From assembly GCF_006345805.1 (NCBI RefSeq), contig NC_042997.1:56730001-56794000 (forward strand): a stretch of DNA of 64,000 bases. The letters are read 5' to 3'. The position numbers and the translations under genes were made by a program. Source of the DNA: Octopus sinensis. Taxonomy: Eukaryota. The notes beneath the pieces were generated by a model. The model was not told the origin of the DNA and did no database searches. It saw nothing but the letters and a program-made list of their open reading frames with translations. Shown piece by piece: positions 37,918 to 51,093 of the stretch (the first letter of the stretch is position 1; each line of letters begins with the position of its first letter).

Positions 37918-39379
37918 GAATGAAAGGTTGATAAGAGAGGAGGATGGCCAATGATGTATAAGTTGAAAAGCAAAACACCAATAAAGAAATAAAATATTGA
38001 AAATGAAAAATGCTTCGTCTTGTTTTATAATAAATATCATTTCACATTACCTTTATTGAGTTGTCTGACTATCCTTAAAGGCCTACAAAGGAACCATAAC
38101 TTGGTTGCTTATTTGCTAAAAATAAACATCAACTCTTTCAAAATACACTTAGTTCTTTTTATTATTATTTTTTATGGCTCAGCCAGAGGAGGATGGGTAG
38201 CACCTGTGATGTTTTTCAGGGTTTCTGAGACTGATGTTATGAGATAAGAAAGGTTATGTTGTAAAACAAGCTGTATTCAAAAGTGATGAGAAGTAGGAGG
38301 TTAAAACAGATACTAGAACTGCTGGTACCAGCACAGGAACAGCTTCAACATTCAATCTTCAGAAGGGGATAGGTTGATAACCAAACTCATTATCTTTAAT
38401 TTAGTTTTTATACCTATCCTCACCTATGGCAATGGCTAAAAGTGTACAGTCACAAATGTGACTGAAATGGGATTCCTTTGAAGGATCTCTGGAGTAACGT
38501 TACTCAATAGGGTGCATAACTCAGAGATCAGGGAGCCTCACTAGATTGAGCTACCACTTCTCTGCATTGAGAGATCACAACTCCAGTGCTATGGAAATGG
38601 GATTAGAATGTTGCAGGAAAGAAGCACAAGACAGATTCTTCAAGCTGAGTCAACTAGCAAGAGACCTAGGGGAAGACCAAGAATGAGATGGTTGGATAAT
38701 ATCCATAGTTGGGAACCTAACTAGTAAGTCTAATAACAGTTGCTTCTGATAGGATCTTACATAGTAAGTGCCTAGGAACTCAATGCTCATGACCTTCCCA
38801 GGAATAGTGACTGGAGAGGATGGATGACTGGATAAAAAGTTAAGAGATAAATTTCATCCACTGGCTAGGATGCTGATTTATCATAGGTATCTTTCTCACA
38901 AGGAGTTGATCTTGACATAGCTAGCTAATGAGCTACTTTTCAACATAGCTTTGTATTACTATAATAAAACAAAATCTTCAGTTGAATGCCGTTCTTGCTG
39001 CTGTCTTGGAAAGGCAAGTTATTTTTATCTTGCACTTTCTATACACAAATCTGTAGATTTGGGTCATCTATCTAGTCCACATAAAGTTAATACAGTTCTA
39101 AGAACAGGAATCAGACCACTAGCTAATTTATGTTGCCTTTCTGCCCAGGAAATCTCACAAAACATGAACAAAATTTGAACCCAATAGTCAAAAGCATGGA
39201 AGCCTAATACTTTATTCCAAAATTATTAATTTTGTTTCAGAAAATTTATACTTTACACTTGTGGTTCTGCCAGTAACTAATGATCTCAACTCTTGATGAA
39301 CATACACATCTGCAGATATTACAGATCAAGCTTCTCCCATCCACTATATTGGCAGTGTGTTCTCACATAAATTCTGCAT

Positions 39380-39790
39380 GAAAAATGTGTTTTTTCAAAA
39401 ATATCCACTCCTTTCTTTATTTGTTTCTTCCATTGGTAATGATGACAAGCATTGCTTTCCCAACTGACCTCCCACATTTTTGTGGGAGGTCAGTTGGGAA
39501 AGCAATGCTTTCAATGTGGACTTTACACAATCCTTAAATCATAGTCTTAGTTTCCACTGAGGGCTCTCTTCACAAACAATTTTGTCATATAACATCTGCT
39601 TAGGGATCTTCTGATCATTCATCTGAACGCGGTGTCCAGTCCAACATGAAACTGCTTGTATACCCTTGCTTGCCTCACTACTGCTCAGGATGTTGGCTCC
39701 CCTCAAGACCTCTGTGTCTGGAATCCACAAGCTAACATTCAGAATGTACCTCAGATGCCTCTGATAGAAGCATTCAAGGATTCTTACATG
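39380..39790 (-). mobile_element. Degraded RTE-clade LINE C-terminal fragment containing a de novo perfect hairpin
   Basis: RHLRYILNV..WIPDTEVLRGANILS..WTGHRVQMNDQKIPKQMLY..FKDCVKSTLKA..SWESNA..WKKQIKKG. Confidence 0.65.
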
Positions 39791-39929
39791 ATGCCTGCAA
39801 AGGGTCTGTCTCTCACAATGTCAGCACACACATACACACATATATATATATGTTTAGAATAATAAGGTAGTCAGAGTGTTGGATGATTATAGATATTTTT
39901 ATTTACATTTTATTTACACAATTCACTCT

Positions 39930-40503
39930 GCCAGAAATTTGGAAATGACATGCTGTACTGCTTGGTATTCATGACGAAATTTCCAATACAAATATTTCAG
40001 AGTGTTTGGGTGTCAATCTGAGGACCTGTACCAAGACTGATAAAAATCAAGCATCCAGTCAACATCATGGTGCTTGAAGTGATCACTAGTGATGGCGATG
40101 TTATGCCTCCATTTGTCTTTCCACATGGCCTCAGACTCAACACGGAGGCCTACATCAAGTGCCTAGAGGAGGTAGTGCTGCCCTGGGTGCAGAAGGTGGC
40201 TGCTGGAATACCCTGTGTCTGGCAACAGGATTCTGCCCCATACCACACAAGCAGGAGAACCCAGTCATGGCTGTCAGACAACGATCACATCACCCCTAAC
40301 ATCTGGCCACCTAATTCCCCAGAATGCAACTCACTTGATTATTATGTGTGGTTGAAGCCAATGGCGATTTTATTGAATAAATTTACTCTTTAGTATTTCA
40401 AGATATTTTTATGTAATTTTGGTAAATATATCTGTAATAATGAGATGTCAGGGTTATTTTAATTTTTGCGTAATTTAGACAACAGTTTATTCACAGTACC
40501 CTG
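39930..40503 (+). mobile_element. Tc1/mariner (maT/DD37D-like) transposase 3' fragment with right TIR
   Basis: KHPVNIMVLEVITSDGDVMPPFVFPHGLRLNTEAYIKCLEEVVLPW..WQQDSAPYH..WPPNSPECNSLDYYVW. It ends ttattcacagtaccctg-TA. Confidence 0.8.
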
Positions 40504-40530
40504 TATATAAATATATATATATATATACAC

Positions 40531-40568
<38 letters not shown>

Positions 40569-42439
40569 ACTAGCTGACGTACGCAGTAATTCCCAGGAAA
40601 GTGGGGCTTATTCCTTGGTTCCGTTCTCATAGTTGTTTCACTAATCCAATAACAATACAAAGTATGTAGCCCTTAAAACGGTTTTTGTGCATTTACAGAG
40701 AATACCAAACTGTCTTACCCAATAGTAAGAATTCAAATAAAGTAACCCTGAAAAGGGCTTAAATGCATTCCCAGAGTATATAGAAAATAGGAGGAAATAC
40801 TAATAATGTATGTATACTAAAATAGTGAAGCATATTACATTATAACAGGCTAATCACATATGAGATAACTATTCAAAGTAAATAACGCTGAAAAGGGCTT
40901 TTGTTTGCTAACAACTCCACAAACATATTCACAGACAGAATTCCCCACATATGTAGTAGATATATATATAATTATCATGTATATATCATCATCATTATCA
41001 ATTAATGTCTGTTCTCCATGCTGGCAAGTGTTGAATGGTTTGACCAGAGTTGGCAAGGCAGTGGGCATCTATTCTATCTCATATAAACTCCCTTTTTGGT
41101 ATTTTACTTATTTTGTCTTACGTATTTTCTTATGTGTGTGTATGTATGTTTCATTGTTGACAAAATATTATGAGAAATGTGGTAGTAGTAGTAGGCATCC
41201 ATCAGTCTTGAGAGACCACAAATCTATGCCTGAAGAAATTGTGTTAACTGCTGATGGTGGTGCAGTATTTGTTGTGGCTGTAGAGGCCCACAAGGAAGTG
41301 TCAGTCACTCATACAGTGATTGCATTTAAAGGTGGCTCTCTGCCGGTGCCACTGCCTTTTCCTTCTGTCGAGTGCACTTTTCTTTGGTGGTGAGTTCCTG
41401 TTTTTCTTCTTCTCATTCTATTCCCTTTCACAGTATTTGTCTCCAGTGTGGGCAATCATTTGTGACCTCCACCCCTCTCAGGATGTCCAGATAAAGCAAC
41501 TTCATATCTCTCTTGCAGACGTCTTTGAAACAAAGATGAGTTTGTCTTTATGCTCTTGTGTTGGTGGCCAATTCCCTATACAGGGGGTCATTTGGGATCT
41601 TCCCATCTGGCATGTGATATACACGTAGACGATGCTGCTGGAGCAGGGTGTGTATATTGGGTATCTTGGTGCAGTTGAAGGCTTCAGTGTTGGTGATGTG
41701 ATCAGTCCGCTGGTATTCAAGATGCATCTCAAATTACAAAGGTGAAAGATACTGAGACATTGCACCTGCCTGCAGTTTAGGCTCTACATCTCACTGCTGT
41801 AAAGTAGGGTACTAAGGATGCAATTCCTTATAGACAGCAATCTTGGTATTTGCAGCCAGTTTTCTGTTTTCCCAGGCTCTTTTTGTGAAATGTAGCTATA
41901 GCTAAATCCAAACATTTTAAAGATCACTATCATCCTCATCATCGTCATCATCGCTTTAATATCCACTTTTCCATGCTTGTATGGGTGAAAGTTTATTGAG
42001 GCAAATTTTCTATGGCCAGATGTTTTCCTGTCACCAGTTCACTCCTCTCTTCAAGCAGAGTAATATTTTCCCATGGCCAGACATATTTCTGCAGAATAAT
42101 GAAAATGAATGACAATACTTATATTACATTAACACTCCTTGATATAGAAGTGTCTTTATCATGTTCATTGTATGTTATAATGAATGCAGAGCAGCTTACT
42201 AAATAATTGAGCTTACTTTCTTTAGAGCTACCTTAAATGCCACTTTGACATAGATGCTTTTGTGATAAAGCACTTATCAAACTATTTAGTTTCATTTTCT
42301 CAATTTTCTTCCATGTTTACCCTTGTAGAAAGTATAACCTTTTATTTTTTCAAGCTGACCTTCACCAAGATACGTTTCATTGATAGCAGCAATATCACTG
42401 TTACATTTGCATAAGACATATAACACCACCACTTCAAAC

Positions 42440-43358
42440 ACATACCTGTAGTGGGTGCTTTTTACATGCCACCTGCACAGGTGCCAGGGAGTCTGGCAAC
42501 AGCCACAATCAGTTAGCGCTTTTTACGTGCCACCTGCATGGGAACCAGTGAAAGTGGCACTGGCATTGGCCACATTCGGATAGTGCTTTTTACGTGCCAC
42601 CAGCACAGGTATCACAACTACAATTTCCATTTGATGTTGATATACTTGACTCAATAGGTCTCCTCAAGCACCTCAAGTCACCCTACGATTTAAGGTAAGT
42701 GCAGCAGGCTGTCCTGTGATCCAAGGTACTTTGGATGGGCTGGGTCTGCTATGTGAAGCTGGTGCAGGAAACAGCCATGAATTCCCATTATTTGCTGGTG
42801 CAGGAAACGGACATGAACTCACGTTATTTGTTGGGTCTTCGCAGTCACAGCATATCTCCAGAGATGTTGGTCTTTCGTCATTGCCTCTGTGAGGCACATC
42901 ATTCGAAGTCATGCTTGACCACCTCATCCTATGTCTTTCTGGGTCTACCTTTACTCCAGATTCCTCCAATTGTTTGGGAGTGGCACTTCTTCACACATCT
43001 CTCCTCATCCATCCATAGTACATGACCATACCAGTGTAAACATCTCTCTTGCATGCCACCTCCGATGCTTCTTATGTCCAGCATTTCTCTCAGGGCGCTT
43101 ACACTCTATCGTGTGTGCACACTGACATTACACATCCAGCGGATCATGCTAGCTGCATTTCTTTCACACCTACGCATGTCCTCTGTAGTCACAGCCCATG
43201 TTTCACTGCCGTGAAGCATGGCAGTTTGCACAGATGCATCATACAATCTACCTTTCACTCTGTGTGAGAGACACTTTGTCACCAGTAGGGGTAGAAGCTT
43301 TCTAAACATTGCCCAGGCTATTCGTATTCTAGTGGTGACACTCTGAGCATCCACCTCC

Positions 43359-43360
<2 letters not shown>
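42440..43360 (-). mobile_element. Truncated RTE copy
   Basis: SVTTRIRIAWAMFRKLLPLLVTKCLSHRVKGRLYDASVQTAMLHGSETWAVT and the 3' UTR units. Confidence 0.8.
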
Positions 43361-43422
<62 letters not shown>

Positions 43423-43989
43423 ATGCGTGTGTATGTGTGAGTATGTATATATATATGTAGAGAGAGAGTTTTTGAAGTGATGTACAGATATTACGTATTT
43501 AGAATAATAAGGTAGTCAGAATGTTGGATGATTATAGATATTTTTATTTGCATTTTATTTACACTTTTAGCACTTTCTTCCTTTATTGGATTTATCAAAT
43601 AGTGGTTTAAAGGTAGATTTCTTGGCCTTTTTATATATAAAGAAATTGTGAGGTTTGCCAAGCAAGGGAGAAGAAAGAAGAAAAAAATTTGAGATGGAGG
43701 GAGAGGTTAAGAGGTATGGCCTTTGTATTTTGGTTCAGAAAAGGAGGGGGACCCCTCCCTCCCGTACCTCCTAAAATGCAGACCTTTTGGAGGTCTGAAA
43801 AATGGGGTGAGGTGGAAGCCCCATTGATCTTTTCACCAGAATAATTTTCACCAAGGAAAAAAAAATCGGATTTTTTGTGTGGAATCAAGTACCCAGACCT
43901 CCATGCTGCAAATCTCTTATTTTGGTTTGGAAAAGGAGGGGGCCGAGGGGTACCCCACTGCCCCAGAATCATTAAAAAATTTTTTCGTT

Positions 43990-44258
43990 GAATGAATTCC
44001 TGTGACCTCCAAATATGCTACAAAACCCTTACACAAAATTACCCCATGGAACTTATAAATAATGGAATCTTGAAAGCAATGAAATTAGACATCACACAAC
44101 TTAAGACACCAAAAGAAAAATGCAAGGAACATACTATTCCATTTATTAACACACACAACCCTGGAATAACCAATATTTTCCACATTATACTATCAAATCT
44201 ACCAATACTCTTACTGAGCTCCGAAATGAGAAAACTGATAGACAAAAGCTACCTATGA
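43990..44258 (+). mobile_element. Penelope-like RT-endonuclease linker fragment
   Basis: NYPMELINNGILKAM..IPFINTHNPGITNIFHII resembles the PLE post-RT linker (YP..I / IP.V.T.NP). Confidence 0.6.
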
Positions 44259-45297
44259 ACTAGGAAATGCCAGGTAAATGAACATGATAAAGACACTCCT
44301 ATATCAAAGAGTGTTAGTGTCATATAAGTATTGTCATTCATTTTCATTATTCTACAGAAATATGTCTGGCCATGGGAATATATCACTCTGCTTGAAGAGA
44401 GGAGTGAACTGGTGACAGGAAAACATCTGGCCATAGAAAATCTGCCTCAATAAACTTTCACCCATGCAAACATGGAAAAGTGGATATTAAAGCGATGATG
44501 ATGATGATGAGGGTGATAGTGATCTTTAAAATGTTTGGATTTAGCTATAGCTACATTTCACAAAAAGAGCCTGGGAAAACAGAAAACTGGCTGCAAATAC
44601 CAAGATTGCTGTCTATAAGGAATTGCATCCTTAGTACCCTACTTTACAGCAGTGAGATGTAGAGCCTAAACTGCAGGCAGGTGCAATGTCTCAGTATCTT
44701 TCACCTTTGTAATTTGAGATGCATCTTGAATACCAAGCGGACTGATCACATCACCAACACTGAAGCCCTCAACTGCACCAAGATACCCAATATACACACC
44801 CTGCTCCAGCAGCATCGTCTACGTGTATATCACATGCCAGATGGGAAGATCCCAAATGACCCCCTGTATAGGGAATTGGCCACCAACACAAGAGCATAAA
44901 GACAAACTCATCTTTGTTTCAAAGACGTCTGCAAGAGAGATATGAAGTTGCTTTATCTGGACATCCTGAGAGGGGTGGAGGTCACAAATGATTGCCCACA
45001 CTGGAGACAAATACTGTGAAAGGGAATAGAATGAGAAGAAGAAAAACAGGAACTCACCACCAAAGAAAAGTGCACTCGACAGAAGGAAAAGGCAGTGGCA
45101 CCGGCAGAGAGCCACCTTTAAATGCAATCACTGTATGAGTGACTGACACTTCCTTGTGGGCCTCTACAGCCACAACAAATACTGCACCACCATCAGCAGT
45201 TAACACAATTTCTTCAGGCATAGATTTGTGGTCTCTCGAGACTGATGGATGCCTACTACTACCACCACATTTCTCATGATATTTTGTCAACAATGAA

Positions 45298-45344
<47 letters not shown>

Positions 45345-45764
45345 AGAAAATACGTAAGACAAAATAAGTAAAATATAAAAAAGGGAGTTTATATGAGATA
45401 GAATAGATGCCCACTGCCTTGTCAACTCTGGTCAAACAATTCAACACTTGCCAGCATGGAGAACAGACATTAATTGATAATGATAATGATATATACATGA
45501 TAATTATATATATATCTACTACATATGTGGGGAATTCTATCTGTGAGTATGTTTGTGGAGTTGTTAGCTAACTCCTCCTACATCTTTTTATCGATTTTTA
45601 TGAAATTTGACATGTAATTAGAATTCGTATCTGGAAACCTCATAGCATACTCAGATTGTTGAAAAAAAATTGATAATAGGATCCCTAGAAGGGATCCTTA
45701 TATATATCTAATATATTTGACTTTAAAAGCCAATGGAAATAACCCATTCGTCCCCAGAAGGGAT

Positions 45765-45810
<46 letters not shown>

Positions 45811-46292
45811 CCAAGGGAAATAACCTATTCCTTTTCCTAAATTATTTAGTAAAAATGAAATTGAGTCTGCTGATTTCTTAGTATTTGAAGTTATTTTCGC
45901 AAATTATCCAGTACAACCCTTAAGCAAGTAAATAGTATTTTCCTAAACAATAGATGTACTTATTTCAGTTAGTGACTTATGAATATACCAACACAAGTGC
46001 CACTGAGGGTAATATTCTCTGGGAACGCACAAAAGCCCTTTTCAGAGTTATTTACTTTGAATTGCTATTATCTCATATCTGATTAGCCTGTTATTGCATA
46101 ACATGCTTCACTATTTTAGTATACATGCCTTATTAGTATTTCCTCCTATGTTCTATATACTCTGGGAATGCATTTAAGCCCTTTTTGGGGATACTTTATT
46201 TGAATTCTTACTATTGGGTAACTAATATTGTTACCCTGTATGTACATGTGTGTGTGTGTGTGGATGGATGGATGGATGGATGGATGGATAGG

Positions 46293-46372
<80 letters not shown>

Positions 46373-47303
46373 GCAAACATACATATATAAATGCAATGGG
46401 CTTCTTTCAGTTTGCTTCTACAAAATTTTCACAAAAACCTAGAAATACTCAGTTTCACAGAAAAAGAGCAAATCAAACTAATGTGGATTCTCCAAATCCA
46501 ATCTATTTGTGGCACTGTGAAGATTTGTAAGACATTCCAAAAATTATCCATGTGAGATTCTTATGTGAATAGATTGCACACACTTGGATGTATGCATCAA
46601 CAGTTCAACCAACACACCAACTTAACCATATATTTACAAACACTGGGAACTCTCTTAACTCAAAAAGTCTTGTTGCTTTGTTAGCAGCTGACTTAAATCA
46701 AGCTCAAAGAAAAAAAATCATTCATTCATACATACACACACACATACATAAAACAAAACATACAAATCTGCACATATACATAGATACATACAAAAATACC
46801 CTGTTGATGTTGAAATTTCAATGTAGGAGCCTTGGGTCTAGATTAGAAACCGGTTCTTTCTCTATTGGCAAGAAATTTTGAAATAAAACTGAATAATGAC
46901 ATATACACATATATAGAAGACAGAATGATATAAATAAGACAGAACAAAGTAGATATAAGAACGTATATGAGACAGAATAATCGTTTAGACTTGTCTCCAG
47001 GTTCATAGCCACTCTGATTTTTGTTCATAGCCACTCTGATTTTTCAATTTTTCAATTAGTATTGTCTCCCGATTCATACAAACCCATTTGCTAGCTCACG
47101 ATTAACAGAACCTCTTTACTCAGCTACGGTGCACCCGCCCTCCCACCCCAACCACGCATGCCGGAAGTTCCTATTCTCTTCCATTCCGGGGTTGCTTCCC
47201 ATGAAGACTGCAAATGCTCTCACCATCCATACCCCTCCCTACCCCTAGTCTCGACCTATGTAAGGTAATGTTCATACAGTGCAAAATATGAAAGGCTAGC
47301 GTT

Positions 47304-48290
47304 ATGCAGGTTGTACTGAAGGCTACTTTACTACTTCATTTCTTGCACATGAATTCTGCCAAATGCGAGCTTTCTTTTCAGGTACACGAAGCTACTGTCC
47401 ACCGTCCCAGGGTCTCTAGAGCCCATGCCTTCCACACCCTCAGGGTTGGCACCCTCAACGTTGGCACTCTGAAAGGTAGGTCTGGTGAGATAGTCGAGAT
47501 GCTTGAACGGAGATGTGTGGATATATGTTGCATGCAAGAAATAAGGTGGAGAGGAGGATCAGCTAGGTTCCTCACAGGCAAGGAACGCAGGTACAAGATT
47601 TTCTGGGCAGGGAACACTGACGGGGTTGGTGGCGTGGGTATACTTATCGCTGAGAAATGGGTAGATAAAGTAATTGAGGTAATCAGAGTAAGTGACAGAA
47701 TACTTAAGATTAGATTAGTGCTTCATCATAGTTTAGCAACCATTATATCAGCCTATGCTCCTCAGTCGGGGCTACCCGATGGACAGAAAGACCGATTCTA
47801 TGACACTCTACTGCAGACTACCTCATTGACGAACGACAGAGACCTTATCTTTGTGGCTGGTGACTTCAATGGTCACGTTGGACGACATGCTGGGGGCTTC
47901 CATGGCGTACATGGAGGCTATGGCTATGGCTCCCGCAACGAGGAGGGAACCAGGCTGCTGGAGTTCTGCGATGCAAATAATCTTATGATTTGCAACACTA
48001 ACTTCAGGAAACCTACCAGCCACCTAGTCACTTACCAATCGGGCCAACATACCAGCCAAATTGACTACATCCTTACAAGGCAAAGGGAGAGATGGCTGCT
48101 TATAAATGCCAAAACCTTCCCAGGTGAAGAATGTACCCCACAACATAGACTGGTAGTTAGTGACTTTAGGATCAGGACTAGGAGGACAACCAGAAGACGA
48201 CAATATGGAGAAGAAGGATCTGGAAGCTTAAAGATCCTGCAAATGGACAGAGATTTAGGGACATATTACTTGAAGCCTCTGACGAAGTAG
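47304..48290 (+). CDS. RTE ORF, APE endonuclease part (frameshift near 48200)
   Basis: GTLNVGTL, CMQEIRW, SAYAPQ, AGDFNGHVG, SQIDYIL and QHRLVVSD. Confidence 0.9.
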   Translation: MQVVLKATLLLHFLHMNSAKCELSFQVHEATVHRPRVSRAHAFHTLRVGTLNVGTLKGRSGEIVEMLERRCVDICCMQEIRWRGGSARFLTGKERRYKIFWAGNTDGVGGVGILIAEKWVDKVIEVIRVSDRILKIRLVLHHSLATIISAYAPQSGLPDGQKDRFYDTLLQTTSLTNDRDLIFVAGDFNGHVGRHAGGFHGVHGGYGYGSRNEEGTRLLEFCDANNLMICNTNFRKPTSHLVTYQSGQHTSQIDYILTRQRERWLLINAKTFPGEECTPQHRLVVSDFRIRTRRTTRRRQYGEEGSGSLKILQMDRDLGTYYLKPLTK

Positions 48291-50470
48291 AAGGGGATAG
48301 AGCATCACAGGGGGTAGAAGACAGCTGGACGTTTCTAAGGGACAACCTGCTGAGAGCCACTGACCAGATCTGTGGCTGGTGCAAAGTCCCCTCTCGACCT
48401 AGAATAACGTGGTGGTGGAACAATATTGTAGACAGGGCTATTAGAGAAAAGAGACAGGCTTGGAAGGTCTGGAAAAATGGGGGTAGCAGGGAATTGTATC
48501 AGACTGCCAAAAGAGAAGCTAGGAGACAGGTTTATTTAGCCAGAGGGGAAGCAGATAAGAAAAAATTTGCCAATGTTCTGCGCCGTGAGGACCAAAGACT
48601 GGAGGTGTTTCGTGTTGCAAGACAGTGTTTGAGAGAGAATCGTGATGTGGTAGGAGAGAAGTGTGTTCGCATGGAAGATGGTTCACTTGCGCTAAATGAG
48701 GATGCGAAGAGAGAGGTTTGGAGATGCCACTATGAAAGGTTGCTGAATGAAGAAAATGAATGGGATAAAGAGAGTCTGCCGAATGTTGACCCAACAGAGG
48801 GACCAGCTATCCGAGTTGATAGTTCTGTGGTAGCTAAGGCAATTAGAAGCATGAAGACAGGGAAAGCCCCAGGCCCATCAGGAATCACTGCAGAGATGCT
48901 CAAAATGTCTGGTAGTGTCGGCTATAGCCTAGTCACCCATATAGTTAATCAGGTGATACACAAAGGGGTCATACCCAATGACTGGTGTAGCAGTATAATA
49001 GTCAACTGCTACAAAGGTAAAGGTGATGCCCTAGATACAAATAACTACAGAGGTATCAAGCTGTTGGACCAGGTGATGAAGGTTATGGAGAGGGTCATAG
49101 CCCAACTAATTAGAGAGAGAGTTAGTTTAGATGAGATGCAGTTTGGGTTTGTGCCAGGGAAAAGTACTACTGATGCTATATTCCTGGTAAGGCAGCTGCA
49201 GGAGAAATACCTAGCCAAAGATAAGCCCCTGTACCTGGCTTTTGTTGACATGGAGAAAGCCTTCGACAGGGTCCCCCGATCCCTTATCTGGTGGGCAATG
49301 AGAAAACTAGGGATAGATGAATGGTTAGTGAGAGCTGTGCGGGCCATGTATAGGGACGCCGCTAGTAGGGTGAGGGTTGGAAATGAGTACAGTGAAGAAT
49401 TCCGGGTAGAGGTAGGGGTCCACCAAGGCTCAGTACTCAGCCCCCTCCTATTTATCATAGTCCTCCAGGCAATAACGGAGGAATTCAAGACAGGATGCCC
49501 TTGGGAGCTCCTCTATGCTGATGACCTTGCTCTAATTGCTGAGTCGCTATCAGAACTGGAGGAGAAGTTTCAGGTGTGGAAACAAGGATTAGAATCGAAG
49601 GGCCTCAGAGTCAATCTAGCTAAAACCAAAGTCGTAATCAGTAGGAAGGTAGACAAATCACAAACACCTTCAGGTAGATGGCCCTGCTCGATCTGTAGAA
49701 AAGGTGTAGGTAGAAACTCTATAAGATGCACCAAGTGTAAGCTATGGACACATAAGAGATGCAGCAATGTCAAAGGAAGGCTAACTAGGAAGATGGTTTT
49801 TGTATGTGGCAGATGCTCAGGAACAATAAACACTGAAAATGCTCTGAGACCAACTTCCGTCACTTTCCAGGGAGAAAAACTAGAAATAGTTGATAGTTTC
49901 CGTTACCTAGGTGACCAAGTCAGCAGCGGGGGTGGGTGTGCTGAAAGTGTAACTGCTAGAGTAAGAATAGCTTGGGCAAAGTTCAGAGAGCTCTTACCTC
50001 TGCTGGTGACAAAAGGCCTCTCGCACAGAGTGAAAGGCAGACTGTATGATGCGTGTGTACGAACAGCCATGCTACATGGCAGTGAAACATGGGCCGTGAC
50101 TGCTGAGGATATGCGTAAGCTCGCTAGAAATGAAGCCAGTATGCTCCGATGGATGTGTAATGCCGGTACTCACACTCGGCAGAGTGTAAGTACCTTGAGA
50201 GAAAAGCTGGACCTAAGAAGCATCAGTTGTGGTGTGCAAGAGAGACGTTTGCGCTGGTATGGTCATGTGGCGAGAATGGATGAAGATAGTTGTGTGAAAA
50301 AGTGCCACACCCTAGCGGTTGAGGGAACTTGTGGAAGAGGCAGACCCAGGAAAACCTGGGACGAGGTGGTGAAGCACGACCTTCGAACTTTAGGTCTCAC
50401 TGAGGAAATGACTAGAGACCGAGACCTCTGGAAGTGTGCTGTGCGCGAGAAGACCCGGCAGGACAAGTGA
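48202..50470 (+). CDS. RTE ORF, RT part with embedded PHD finger (frame open from about 48202)
   Basis: NYRGIKLL, QFGF, FVDMEKAFD, GVHQGSVLSPLLF and LYADD. C4HC3 finger at 49679-49816. C-terminal RGRPRKTW. Confidence 0.92.
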
Positions 50471-51093
50471 GTCCACAACCCGTGGCCTTCTACATGGGAT
50501 GGAGCCAACCTACGTATGCATACCTTCCCTTCTTGGGACACAAAACTCTACTTGTGAAGACGTGTTGAGGCAAGTGAGGATCAGAATCGAAATCGATCAA
50601 TGGAAATTGCGGATGTGCTACCAGTGCCGGTGGCATGTCGAAACTCTGCTTGTGAAGACCCATTGAGGCAAGTGAGGATCAGAATCGAAATCGATCAATG
50701 GAAATCGATCAATGGAAATTGCAGATGTGTTACCAGTGCCGGTGGCATGTAAGAGAACTTTCCGTTTCGCGACCGTTGCCAGCACCGCCCCGTTTCGTGT
50801 CCATTGCCAGCCTCACCTGGCCCTCGTGCCGGTGGCACATAAAAAGCACCATCCGTTCGTGGCCGTTTGCCAGCTCTGTCTGGCACCAGTGCGGGTGGCA
50901 CGTAAAAAGCACCCACTACACTCACGGAGTGGTTGGCGTTAGGAAGGGCATCCAGCCGTAGAAACACTGCCAGATTTGACTGGGCCTGATGAAGCCTTCT
51001 GGCTTCACAGACCCCAGTAGAACCGTCCAACCCATGCTAGCATGGAAAACGGACGCTAAATGATGATGATGATGATGATGATGAAAAGTTAAC

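Larger units (their letters stand above)
40907..45568. repeat. Inverted segmental duplication, arms 40907-42169 and 44277-45568
   Basis: The arms are near-identical reverse complements (the ORF track shows identical peptides, e.g. 41320-41628 + and 44819-45127 -). They contain a BovB-like RTE 3' fragment plus RTE tails. A more diverged extension pairs about 40715-40905 with about 46025-46222. Confidence 0.9.
47050..51083 (+). mobile_element. Near-intact RTE-clade LINE with structured 3' UTR and (GAT)n tail
   Basis: Endonuclease plus RT over 47304-50470, a 3' UTR with hairpin units, and a (TGA)n tail at about 51060-51083. The 5' boundary is approximate and no TSD was found. Confidence 0.95.

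Noticed and set aside
46810-46865. GAAACCGGTT palindrome resembling hammerhead helix III in the inverted arms
   Set aside because: No CUGANGA-type box lies at the right distance.
47050-47300. HDV-like ribozyme at the RTE 5' end (known from some RTE/R2 elements)
   Set aside because: I could not find the nested double-pseudoknot pairing by eye. A descriptor search would be needed.
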